From positions 15,235,432-15,299,431 of the forward strand of contig NC_092679.1 of NCBI RefSeq assembly GCF_964355755.1: a stretch of 64,000 bases of DNA, given 5' to 3'. Positions 50,975 through 62,432 of the stretch are shown piece by piece. The translations under genes were made by a program, and so were the position numbers. Source of the stretch: Antedon mediterranea. Lineage: Eukaryota; Animalia; Echinodermata. Numbering within the stretch: position 1 is the stretch's first letter; each line of letters begins with the position of its first letter. The notes beneath the pieces are model-generated. The model worked only from the letters and a program-made list of their open reading frames with translations, did not search any database and was not told where the DNA came from.

Positions 50975-53900
50975 TGTTTCGTAGTGTAGTGGTTATCACG
51001 TCTGCTTAACACGCAGAAGGTCCCCGGTTCGAGCCCGGGGGAAACCTATTTCTTCATTATTTATTTGCGGATTATATGTTTTTAACACCTCCTTCCAAGC
51101 TTTAACATTTTAGTTTGTTTTTGTCGTTTTTTGTTATTCAATTCGCTTCGGAAAAATTTGTAAATCACAGCATTATACTTAGAAGCGGTTTCGTAGTGTA
51201 GTGGTTATCACGTCTGCTTCACACGCGGAAGGTCCCCGATTCGAGCCCGGGCGAAACCTATTTCTTCATTTTTTATTTGCGGATTCTGCCATTATTATAT
51301 GTTTTTAACACCTCCTTCCTAGCTTTTACATTTGAGTTTTTTGATTTTGTGGTTTTTTTGTTATTCAATTTGCTTCACAAAAATTTGTAAATCACAGCGT
51401 TATTCTTATACAATCGGTTTCGTGGTGTAGTGGTTATCACGTCTGCTTCACACGCAGAAGGTCCCCGGTTCGAGCCCGGGTGGAACCTGTTTTGTTTAAT
51501 TGATTTCTTTTTATTGAAAAACATATATCCTTTTAAAATAAGGTATTCAACATGTTTACCAATAATGTGCTTAGATATTCAACATGTTAACCAATAATGT
51601 GCTTAGGTATTCAACATGTTTACCCATAATGTGCTTAGCCGGTTTTCAACATGTTTACCCATAATGTGCTCAGGTATTCAACATGTTTACCAATAATGTG
51701 CTTAGGTATTCAACATGTTTACCGTAAATGTGCTTAGGTATTCAACATGTTTACCAATAATATGCTTTGGTATTCAACATGTTTACCAATATGTGCTTAG
51801 GTTTTCAACATGTTTACAAATAATGTGCTTAGGTATTTAACATGTTACCAGTAATGTGCTTAGGTATTCAACATGTTACCAATAATGTGCTTTTGTATTC
51901 AACATGTTACCAATAATGTGCTTAGGCATTCAACATGTTACCACTAGCTTTGTGCTTATTACCATATTTATTCGTAATTTAAATGGATTAAAAAACTTTA
52001 TGTAAACTACGTTGTTGCTGTACGTGGTTTCGTAGTGTAGTGGTTATCACGTCTGCTTTACACGCAGAAGGTCCCCGGTTCGAGCCCGGGCGGAACCTGT
52101 TTTTTGATTAATTGTTTTTTTTTATTGAAAGATACATTTTTAAAATTATTATTTAAACACTTAATTTACTGATTCAGCGTTATGTTATTTAAAGAGGCTT
52201 CGTAGTGTAGTGGTTGTCACGTCTGCTTAACACGCAGAAGGTCCCCGGTTCGAGCCCGGGCGAAACCAATTTTTTTAACATTATGGTGAAAAGTACTGTA
52301 TACGCAATATAATATACCGTACAGTATATCTTATTTTTATTACTTTTTTAATATACTTATTTTGTGTAATCGGTAATTATCACTTTTACACCTGTTTTTT
52401 TGGGCTTTGTGCTTATTACTATATTTTATTTGTAATTTAAACAGATTAAAAAACTTTGTGTAACGCACATTGTTGGTGCCAGTGGTTTCGTAGTGTAGTG
52501 GTTATCACGTCTGCTTAACACGCAGAAGGTCCCCGGTTCGAGCCCGGGCGAAACCTATTTCTTCATTATTTATTTGCGGATTATATGTTTTTAACACCTC
52601 CTTCCAAGCTTTTACATTTTAGTTTGTTTTTGTCGTTTTTTGTTATTCAATTCGCTTCGGAAAAATTTGTAAATCACAGCATTATACTTACAAGCGGTTT
52701 CGTAGTGTAGTGGTTATCACGTCTGCTTCACACGCGGAAGGTCCCCGATTCGAGCCCGGGCGAAACCTATTTCTTCATTTTTTATTTGCGGATTCTGCCA
52801 TTATTATATGTTATAACATGTTTACCAATAATGTGCTTAGATATTCAACATGTTAACCAATAATGTGCTTAGGTATTCAACATGTTTACCCATAATGTGC
52901 TTAGCCGGTTTTCAACATGTTTACCCATAATGTGCTCAGGTATTCAACATGTTTACCAATAATGTGCTTAGGTATTCAACATGTTTACCGTAAATGTGCT
53001 TAGGTATTCAACATGTTTACCAATAATGTGCTTTGGTATTCAACATGTTTACCAATATGTGCTTAGGTTTTCAACATGTTTACCAATAATGTGCTTAGGT
53101 ATTTAACATGTTACCAGTAATGTGCTTAGGTATTCAACATGTTACCAATAATGTGCTTTTGTATTCAACATGTTACCAATAATGTGCTTAGGCATTCAAC
53201 ATGTTACCACTAGCTTTGTGCTTATTACCATATTTATTCGTAATTTAAATGGATTAAAAAACTTTATGTAAACTACGTTGTTGCTGTACGTGGTTTCGTA
53301 GTGTAGTGGTTATCACGTCTGCTTTACACGCAGAAGGTCCCCGGTTCGAGCCCGGGCGCAACCTGTTTTTTGATTAATTGTTTTTTTTTTTTTATTGAAA
53401 AATACATTTTTAACATTATTATTTAAACACTTAATTTACTGATTCAGGGTTATGTTATTTAAAGAGGCTTCGTAGTGTAGTGGTTATCACGTCTGCTTAA
53501 CACGCAGAAGATCCCCGGTGCGAGCCCGGGCGAAACCTATTTTTTTAACATTATGGTGAAAAGTACTGTATACGCAATATAATATACCGTACAGTATATC
53601 TTATTTTTATTACTTTTTTAATATACTTATTTTGTGTAATCGGTAATTATCACTTTTACACCTGTTTTTTTGGGCTTTGTGCTTATTACTATATTTTATT
53701 TGTAATTCAAACAGATTAAAAAACTTTGTGTAACGCACATTGTTGGTACCAGTGGTTTCGTAGTGTAGTGGTCATCACGTCTGCTTAACACGCAGAAGGT
53801 CCCCGGTTCGAGCCCGGGCGAAACCTATTTCTTCATTATTTATTTGCGGATTATATGTTTTTAACACCTCCTTCCAAGCTTTAACATTTTAGTTTGTTTT

Positions 53901-56900
53901 TGTCGTTTTTTGTTATTCAATTCGCTTCGGAAAAATTTGTAAATCACAGCATTATACTTAGAAGCGGTTTCGTAGTGTAGTGGTTATCACGTCTGCTTCA
54001 CACGCGGAAGGTCCCCGATTCGAGCCCGGGCGAAACCTATTTCTTCATTTTTTATTTGCGGATTCTGCCATTATTATATGTTTTTAACACCTCCTTCCTA
54101 GCTTTTACATTTGAGTTTTTTGATTTTGTGGTTTTTTTGTTATTCAATTTGCTTCACAAAAATGTGTAAATCACAGCGTTATTCTTATACAATCGGTTTC
54201 GTGGTGTAGTGGTTATCACGTCTGCTTCACACGCAGAAGGTCCCCGGTTCGAGCCCGGGTGGGACCTGTTTTGTTTAATTGATTTCTTTTTATTGAAAAA
54301 CATATATCCTTTTAAAATTAGGTATTCAACATGTTTATCAATAATGTGCTTAGATATTCAACATGTTAACCAATAATGTGCTTAGTTATTCAACATGTTT
54401 ACCCATAATGTGCTTAGCCGGTTTTCAACATGTTTACCCATAATGTGCTCAGGTATTCAACATGTTTACCAATAATGTGCTTAGGTATTCAACATGTTTA
54501 CCAATAATGTGCTTAGGTATTCAACATGTTTACCGTAAATGTGCTTGGGTATTCAACATGTTTACCAATAATATGCTTTGGTATTCAACATGTTTACCAA
54601 TATGTGCTTAGGTTTTCAACATGTTTACCAATAATGTGCTTAGGTATTTAACATGTTACCAGTAATGTGCTTAGGTATTCAACATGTTACCAATAATGTG
54701 CTTTTGTATTCAACATGTTACCAATAATGTGCTTAGGCATTCAACATGTTACCACTAGCTTTGTGCTTATTACCATATTTATTCGTAATTTAAATGGATT
54801 AAAAAACTTTATGTAAACTACGTTGTTGCTGTACGTGGTTTCGTAGTGTAGTGGTTATCACGTCTGCTTTACACGCAGAAGGTCCCCGGTTCGAGCCCGG
54901 GCGGAACCTGTTTTTTGATTAATTGTTTTTTTTTATTGAAAGATACATTTTTAAAATTATTATTTAAACACTTAATTTACTGATTCAGCGTTATGTTATT
55001 TAAAGAGGCTTCGTAGTGTAGTGGTTATCACGTCTGCTTAACACGTAGAAGGTCCCCGGTTCGAGCCCAGGCGAAACCTATTTTTTTAACATTATGGTGA
55101 AAAGTACTGTATACGCAATATAATATACCGTACAGTATATCTTATTTTTATTACTTTTTTAATATACTTATTTTGTGTAATCGGTAATTATCACTTTTAC
55201 ACCTGTTTTTTTGGGCTTTGTGCTTATTACTATATTTTATTTGTAATTTAAACAGATTAAAAAACTTTGTGTAACGCACATTGTTGGTGCCAGTTGTTTC
55301 GTAGTGTAGTGGTTATCACGTCTGCTTAACACGCAGAAGGTCCCCTGTTCGAGCCCGGGCGAAACCTATTTCTTCATTATTTATTTGCGGATTATATGTT
55401 TTTAACACCTCCTTCCAAGCTTTAACATTTTAGTTTGTTTTTGTCGTTTTTTGTTATTCAATTCGCTTCGGAAAAATTTGTAAATCACAGCATTATACTT
55501 AGAAGCGGTTTCGTAGTGTAGTGGTTATCACGTCTGCTTCACACGCGGAAGGTCCCCGATTCGAGCCCGGGCGAAACCTATTTCTTCATTTTTTATTTGC
55601 GGATTCTGCCATTATTATATGTTTTTAACACCTCCTTCCTAGCTTTTACATTTGAGTTTTTTGATTTTGTGGTTTTTTTGTTATTCAATTTGCTTCACAA
55701 AAATTTGTAAATCACAGCGTTATTCTTATACAATCGGTTTCGTGGTGTAGTGGTTATCACGTCTGCTTCACACGCAGAAGGTCCCCGGTTCGAGCCCGGG
55801 TGGAACCTGTTTTGTTTAATTGATTTCTTTTTATTGAAAAACATATATCCTTTTAAAATTAGGTATTCAACATGTGTATCAATAATGTGCTTAGATATTC
55901 AACATGTTAACCAATAATGTGCTTAGGTATTCAACATGTTTACCCATAATGTGCTTAGCCGGTTTTCAACATGTTTACCCATAATGTGCTCAGGTATTCA
56001 ACATGTTTACCAATAATGTGCTTAGGTATTCAACATGTTTACCGTAAATGTGCTTAGGTATTCAACATGTTTACCAATAATATGCTTTGGTATTCAACAT
56101 GTTTACCAATATGTGCTTAGGTTTTCAACATGTTTACAAATAATGTGCTTAGGTATTTAACATGTTACCAGTAATGTGCTTAGGTATTCAACATGTTACC
56201 AATAATGTGCTTTTGTATTCAACATGTTACCAATAATGTGCTTAGGCATTCAACATGTTACCACTAGCTTTGTGCTTATTACCATATTTATTCGTAATTT
56301 AAATGGATTAAAAAACTTTATGTAAACTACGTTGTTGCTGTACGTGGTTTCGTAGTGTAGTGGTTATCACGTCTGCTTTACACGCAGAAGGTCCCCGGTT
56401 CGAGCCCGGGCGGAACCTGTTTTTTGATTAATTGTTTTTTTTTATTGAAAGATACATTTTTAAAATTATTATTTAAACACTTAATTTACTGATTCAGCGT
56501 TATGTTATTTAAAGAGGCTTCGTAGTGTAGTGGTAATCACGTCTGCTTAACACGCAGAAGGTCCCCGGTTCGAGCCCGGGCGAAACCAATTTTTTTAACA
56601 TTATGGTGAAAAGTACTGTATACGCAATATAATATACCGTACAGTATATCTTATTTTTATTACTTTTTTAATATACTTATTTTGTGTAATCGGTAATTAT
56701 CATTTTTACACCTGTTTTTTTGGGCTTTGTGCTTATTACTATATTTATTTGTAATTTAAACAGATTAAAAAATTTTGTGTAACGCACATTGTTGGTGCAA
56801 GCGGTTTCGTAGTGTAGTGGTTATCACGTCTGCTTAACACGCAGAAGGTCCCCGGTTCGAGCCCGGGCGAAACCTATTTCTTCATTATTTATTTGCGGAT

Positions 56901-59900
56901 AATATGTTTTTAACACCTCCTTCCAAGCTTTAACATTATAGTTTGTTTTTGTCGTTTTTTGTTATTCAATTCGCTTCGCAAAAATTTGTAAATCACAGCA
57001 TTATACTTACAAGCGGTTTCGTAGTGTAGTGGTTATCACGTCTGCTTCACACGCGGAACGTCCCCGATTCGAGCCTGGGCGAAACCTATTTCTTCATTTT
57101 TTATTTGCGGATTCTGCCATTATTATATGTTTTTAACACCTCCTTCCTAGCTTTTACATTTGAGTTTTTTGTTTTTCTGGTTTTTTTGTTATTCAATTTG
57201 CTTCACAAAAATTTGTCAATCACAGCGTTATTCTAATACAATCGGTTTCGTGGTGTAGTGGTTATCACGTATGCTTCACACGCAGAAGGTCCCCGGTTCG
57301 AGCCCGGGTGGAACCTGTTCTGTTTAATTGATTTCTTTTTATTGAAAAACATATATCCTTTTAAAATAAGGTATTCAACATGTTTACCAATAATGTGCTT
57401 AGATATTCAACATGTTAACCAATAATGTGCTTAGGTATTCAACATGTTTACCCATAATGTGCTTAGCCGGTTTTCAACATGTTTACCCATAATGTGCTTT
57501 TGTATTCAACATGTTTACCAATAATGTGCTTAGGTATTCAACATGTTTACCGTAAATGTGCTTAGGTATTCAACATGTTTACCAATAATGTGCTTTGGTA
57601 TTCAACATGTTTACCAATATGTGCTTAGGTTTTCAACATGTTTACAAATAATGTGCTTAGGTATTTAACATGTTACCAGTAATGTGCTTAGGTATTCAAC
57701 ATGTTACCAATAATGTGCTTTTGTATTCAACATGTTACCAATAATGTGCTTAGGCATTCAACATGTTACCACTAGCTTTGTGCTTATTACCATATTTATT
57801 CGTAATTTAAATGGATTAAAAAACTTTATGTAAACTACGTTGCGTACGTTGCTGTACGTGGTTTCGTAGTGTAGTGGTTATCACGTCTGCTTTACACGCA
57901 GAAGGTCCCCGGTTCGAGCCCGGGCGGAACCTGTTTTTTGATTAATTGGTTTTTTTTATTGAAAGATACATTTTTAAAATTATTATTTAAACACTTAATT
58001 TACTGATTCAGGGTTATGTTATTTAAAGAGGCTTCGTAGTGTAGTGGTTATCACGTCTGCTTAACACGCAGAAGGTCCCCGGTTCGAGCCCGGGCGAAAC
58101 CTATTTTTTTAACATTATGGTGAAAAGTACTGTATACTCAATATAATATACCGTACAGTATATCTTATTTTTATTACTTTTTTAATATACTTATTTTGTG
58201 TAATCGGTAATTATCACTTTTACACCTGTTTTTTTGGGCTTTGTGCTTATTACTATATTTATTTGTAATTTAAACAGATTAAAAAATTTTGTGTAACGCA
58301 CATTGTTCGTGCAAGTGATTTCGTAGTGTAGTGGTTATCACGTCTGCTTAACACGCAGAAGGTCCCCGGTTGGAGCCCGGGCGAAACCTATTTTTTTAAC
58401 ATTATGGTGAAAAGTACTGTACACTCAATATAATATACCGTACAGTATATCTTATTTTTATTACTTTTTTAATATACTTATTTTGTGTAATCGGTAATTA
58501 TCACTTTTACACCTGTTTTTTTGAGCTTTGTGCTTATTACTATATTTATTTGTAATTTAAACAGATTAAAAAACTTTGTGTAACGCACATTGTTGGTGCA
58601 AGTGGTTTCGTAGTGTAGTGGTTATTACGTCTGCTTAACACGCAGAAGGTCCCCAGTTCGAGCCCGGGCGAAACCTATTTCTTCATTATTTATTTGCGGA
58701 TTATATGTTTTTAACACCTCCTTCCAAGCTTTTACATTTTAGTTTGTTTTTGTCGTTTTTTGTTATTCAATTCGCTTCGGAAAAATTTGTAAATCACAGC
58801 ATTATACTTACAAGCGGTTTCGTAGTGTAGTGGTTATCACGTCTGCTTCACACGCGGAACGTCCCCGATTCGAGCCCGGGCGAAACCTATTTCTTCATTT
58901 TTTATTTGCGGATTCTGCCATTATTATATGTTTTTAACACCTCCTTCCTAGCTTTTACATTTGAGTTTTTTGATTTTGTGGTTTTTTTGTTATTCAATTT
59001 GCTTCACAAAAATTTGTAAATCACAGCGTTATTCTTATACAATCGGTTTCGTGGTGTAGTGGTTATCACGTCTGCTTCACACGCAGAAGGTCCCCGGTTC
59101 GAGCCCGGGTGGAACCTGTTTTGTTTAATTGATTTCTTTTTATTGAAAAACATATATCCTTTTAAAATTAGGTATTCAACATGTTTACCAATAATGTGCT
59201 TAGATATTCAGCATGTTAACCAATAATGTGCTTAGGTATTCAACATGTTTACCCATAATGTGCTTAGCCGGTTTTCAACATGTTTACCCATAATGTGCTC
59301 AGGTATTCAACATGTTTACCAATAATGTGCTTAGGTATTCAACATGTTTACCGTAAATGTGCTTAGGTATTCAACATGTTTACCAATAATGTGCTTTGGT
59401 ATTCAACATGTTTACCAATATGTGCTTAGGGTTTCAACATGTTTACCAATAATGTGCTTAGGTATTTAACATGTTACCAGTAATGTGCTTAGGTATTCAA
59501 CATGTTACCAATAATGTGCTTAGGCATTCAACTTGTAAACTACGTTGCTGCTGTACGTGGTTTCGTAGTGTATTGGTTATCACGTCTGCTTTACACGCAG
59601 AAGGTCCCCGGTTCGAGCCCGGGCGGAACCTGTTTTTTTAACATTATGGTGAAAAGGTATACGCAATATAATATACAGTATATCTTATTTTTATTACTTT
59701 TTAAAAATACTTATTTTGTGTAATCGGTAATTATCACTTTTACACATGTTTATTTGGCTTTGTGCTTATTACCATATTTATTTGTAATTTAAACAGATTT
59801 TAAAACTGTGTGTAACCCACATTGTTCGTGCAAGTGGTTTCGTGGTGTAGTGATTATCACGTCTGCTTAACACGCAAAAGGTCCGGTTCAAGCCTGGGCG

Positions 59901-59906
59901 AAACCT
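50975..59906 (+). tRNA. tRNA-Val loci, more individually mutated
   Basis: Starts: 50975 AAC, 51187 CAC, 51416 CAC, 52026 TAC, 52196 AAC, 52484 AAC, 52696 CAC, 53292 TAC, 53466 AAC, 53754 AAC, 53966 CAC, 54195 CAC, 54837 TAC, 55007 AAC, 55295 AAC, 55507 CAC, 55736 CAC, 56346 TAC, 56516 AAC, 56803 AAC, 57015 CAC, 57244 CAC, 57860 TAC, 58030 AAC, 58317 AAC, 58604 AAC, 58816 CAC, 59045 CAC, 59559 TAC, 59836 AAC (degenerate). Confidence 0.88.
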
Positions 59907-60045
59907 ATTTTATTTGCGGATTCAGCCATTATTATATTTTGTTAACACCTCCTTCCTAGCTTTTACATTTTAGTTTGTTTTTGTGGTTTTTTGTTATTCA
60001 ATTCGCTTCTCAAAAATGTGTAAATCACAGCGTTATTCTTACAGC

Positions 60046-61107
60046 GGTTTCGTAGTGTAGTGGTTATCACGTCTGCTTCACACGCAGAAGGTCCCCGGTT
60101 CGCTATTTTTTTTTCGTACATAAGTTGGGGACCCCTCATGAAACGTCACCAAATAAACATGAATAATTCATTAGTTAAATGTGTTGTTCCGTGTGCACCC
60201 AAGCGTATAGCAACAAGTGGTTACAACTGGGACGATACGATTCTAGGCCTAGGATTCTAGGTCAATTCACGTGATTGCCTTTGCGTACTCTTCTTCACAC
60301 ATACACCACTATGCAAAATGTGTCGAGGCTAATCACCAGCTAAGTAGTAGTAGTAGTAGTAATTGGAAATAGCCCAAATAAAGTTTAGACCCACGAGAAT
60401 AAAGAATGTGTATAATTTGTTTACTGTAATTTTGTAATTCTGCTATTTTATTATTATTATTAATTAAACAATATGTATGTACTAAAAGGAACTTTAAAAA
60501 TGCGCGTATATGAACACATGAGATGGAAAGATTATAGACCCACGAGAATAAAAATTGAACATACTGTAAAAATTAAAATAAGGTTTTAATACTGTTCTAC
60601 GACACTCACACTAAAGTAATTTCCGTAATGATTTAATTTTTTCGACCGATATGTATAAATCTCTTCATTCTCGTACATACTGTATTTTTGTTTGCTGACT
60701 TACTCTGACTGTGTCATACCTAACACACACACGTCACACACAGAGACCACTAGAATAGACATGATGGGCTTTTGAGACTAATAATAATTAGGCCTAATAG
60801 TATTAATAGAAACTATAATTTTAAAAAGTATTTCTTTAACAATAAATTCTATTAAAAGCACCCTAAACTAAAGGCTGATTATTTCGACAAAATCCACCCA
60901 AAACCCGCTATTCTTTTATGAAATCGCACGCCGCAACCACAGCGAAGATAGGCCTAGAATCGTATCGCAGTTGTAATCGCTTGGGTGCACACGGAACAAC
61001 ACATTTAACTGATGAATTATTCATATTTATTTTGTGACGTTTCATGAGGGGTCCCCAACTTATGTACGAAAAAAAAATCTCCCCCGGTTCGAGCCCGGGC
61101 GGAACCT
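60046..61107 (+). pseudogene. tRNA-Val(CAC) split in the T arm by a Mutator-like element
   Basis: The 5' part is 60046-60101 and the 3' part is 61082-61107. Confidence 0.92.
60102..61081. mobile_element. Non-autonomous Mutator-like (MULE) element, about 980 bp
   Basis: Long imperfect TIRs (60102-60251 versus 60949-61081; core TTTTTTTTTCGTACATAAGTTGGGGACCCCTCATGAAACGTCAC...GTGCACCCAAGCG), G...C termini, and a 9-bp TSD CCCCGGTTC at 60093-60101 and 61082-61090. Confidence 0.9.
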
Positions 61108-61160
61108 GTTTTGTTTAATTGATTTCTCTTAATTGAAAAACATATATCCTTTTTAAATTA

Positions 61161-61888
61161 GGTATTCAACATGTTTACCGATAATGTGCTTAGCCGGTAT
61201 TCAACATGTTTACCCATAATGGAACCTGTTTTGTTTAATTGATTTCTTTTAATTGCAAAATATGTATCTTTTTAAAATTACGTATTCAACATGTTTACCA
61301 ATAACGTGCTTTGGTATTGAAAATGTTTACAACTAATGTGCTTAGGTATTCAACATGTTTACCCATAATGTGCTTAGGTATTCAACATGTTTACCAATAT
61401 GTGCTTAGGTATTCAACATGTTTACCAATAATGTGCTTAGGTATTCAACATATTTACCACTAATGTGCTTAGGTATTCAACATGTTTACCAATAATGTGC
61501 TTAAATATTCAACATGTTTACCAATATGTGCTTAGGTATTCAACATGTTTACCAATATGTGCTTAGGTATTCAACATGTTTACCCATAATGTGCTTAGGT
61601 ATTCAACATGTTTACCAATATGTGCTTAGGTATTCAACATGTTTACCAATAATGTGCTTAGGTATTCAACATGTTTACCACTAATGTGCTTAGGTATTCA
61701 ACATGTTTACCAATAATGTGCTTAAATATTCAACATGTTTACCAATATGTGCTTAGGTATTCAACATGTTTACCAATATGTGCTTAGGTATTCAACATGT
61801 TTACCAATAATGTGCTTAGGCATTCAACATGTTACCACTTATGTATTCAACATGTTTACCAATAATGTGCTTAAGTATTCAACATGTT
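61161..61888. repeat. Last minisatellite block, with a different variant order
   Basis: Same 31-32 bp unit; the leader is locally duplicated near 61221. Confidence 0.9.
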
Positions 61889-61993
61889 TTATCACTTTTA
61901 CACATGTTTATTTAGCTTTGTGCTTTTTACCATATTTATTCGTAATTTAAATGGATTAAAAAATGTTATGTAAACTACATTGTTGCTGTACGT

Positions 61994-62052
61994 GGTTTCG
62001 TAGTGTAGTGCTTATCACGTCTGCTTTACAGGCTGAAGCCCGGGCGGAACCT
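61994..62052 (+). pseudogene. tRNA-Val(TAC) pseudogene lacking most of the T arm
   Basis: TTTACAGGCTGAAGCCCGGG; the B box is deleted. Confidence 0.85.
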
Positions 62053-62149
62053 GTTTTTTGATAAATTGTTTTTTTTTTATTATTTTATTTTAAAAATATT
62101 ATTTAAAAACTTAGGCCATTTACTGATTCACCGTTATGTTATTATAAGA

Positions 62150-62222
62150 GGCTTCGTAGTGTAGTGGTTATCACGTCTGCTTAACACGCAGAAGGTCCCT
62201 GGTTCGAGCCCGGGCGAAACAT
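62150..62222 (+). tRNA. tRNA-Val(AAC), degenerate
   Basis: Cloverleaf with C72A and C51T. Confidence 0.7.
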
Positions 62223-62432
62223 ATTTTTTTAACGTTATGGTGAAAAGTACTGTATACGCAATAATATACCGTACAGTATATCTTATTTTTATTACTTTTT
62301 TAATACAGTTATTTTGTTTAATCGGTAATTATCACTTTTACACATATTTATTTGGCTTTGTGCTTATACCATATTTATTTGTAATTTAAACGGATTAAAA
62401 AACTTTGTGTAACCAACATCGTTGGTGTAAGT

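Noticed and set aside
4041-61888. CRISPR array (about 32-bp repeats with a palindromic core)
   Set aside because: The units are directly adjacent with no unique spacers, there are no cas genes, and the context is eukaryotic; this is a minisatellite.
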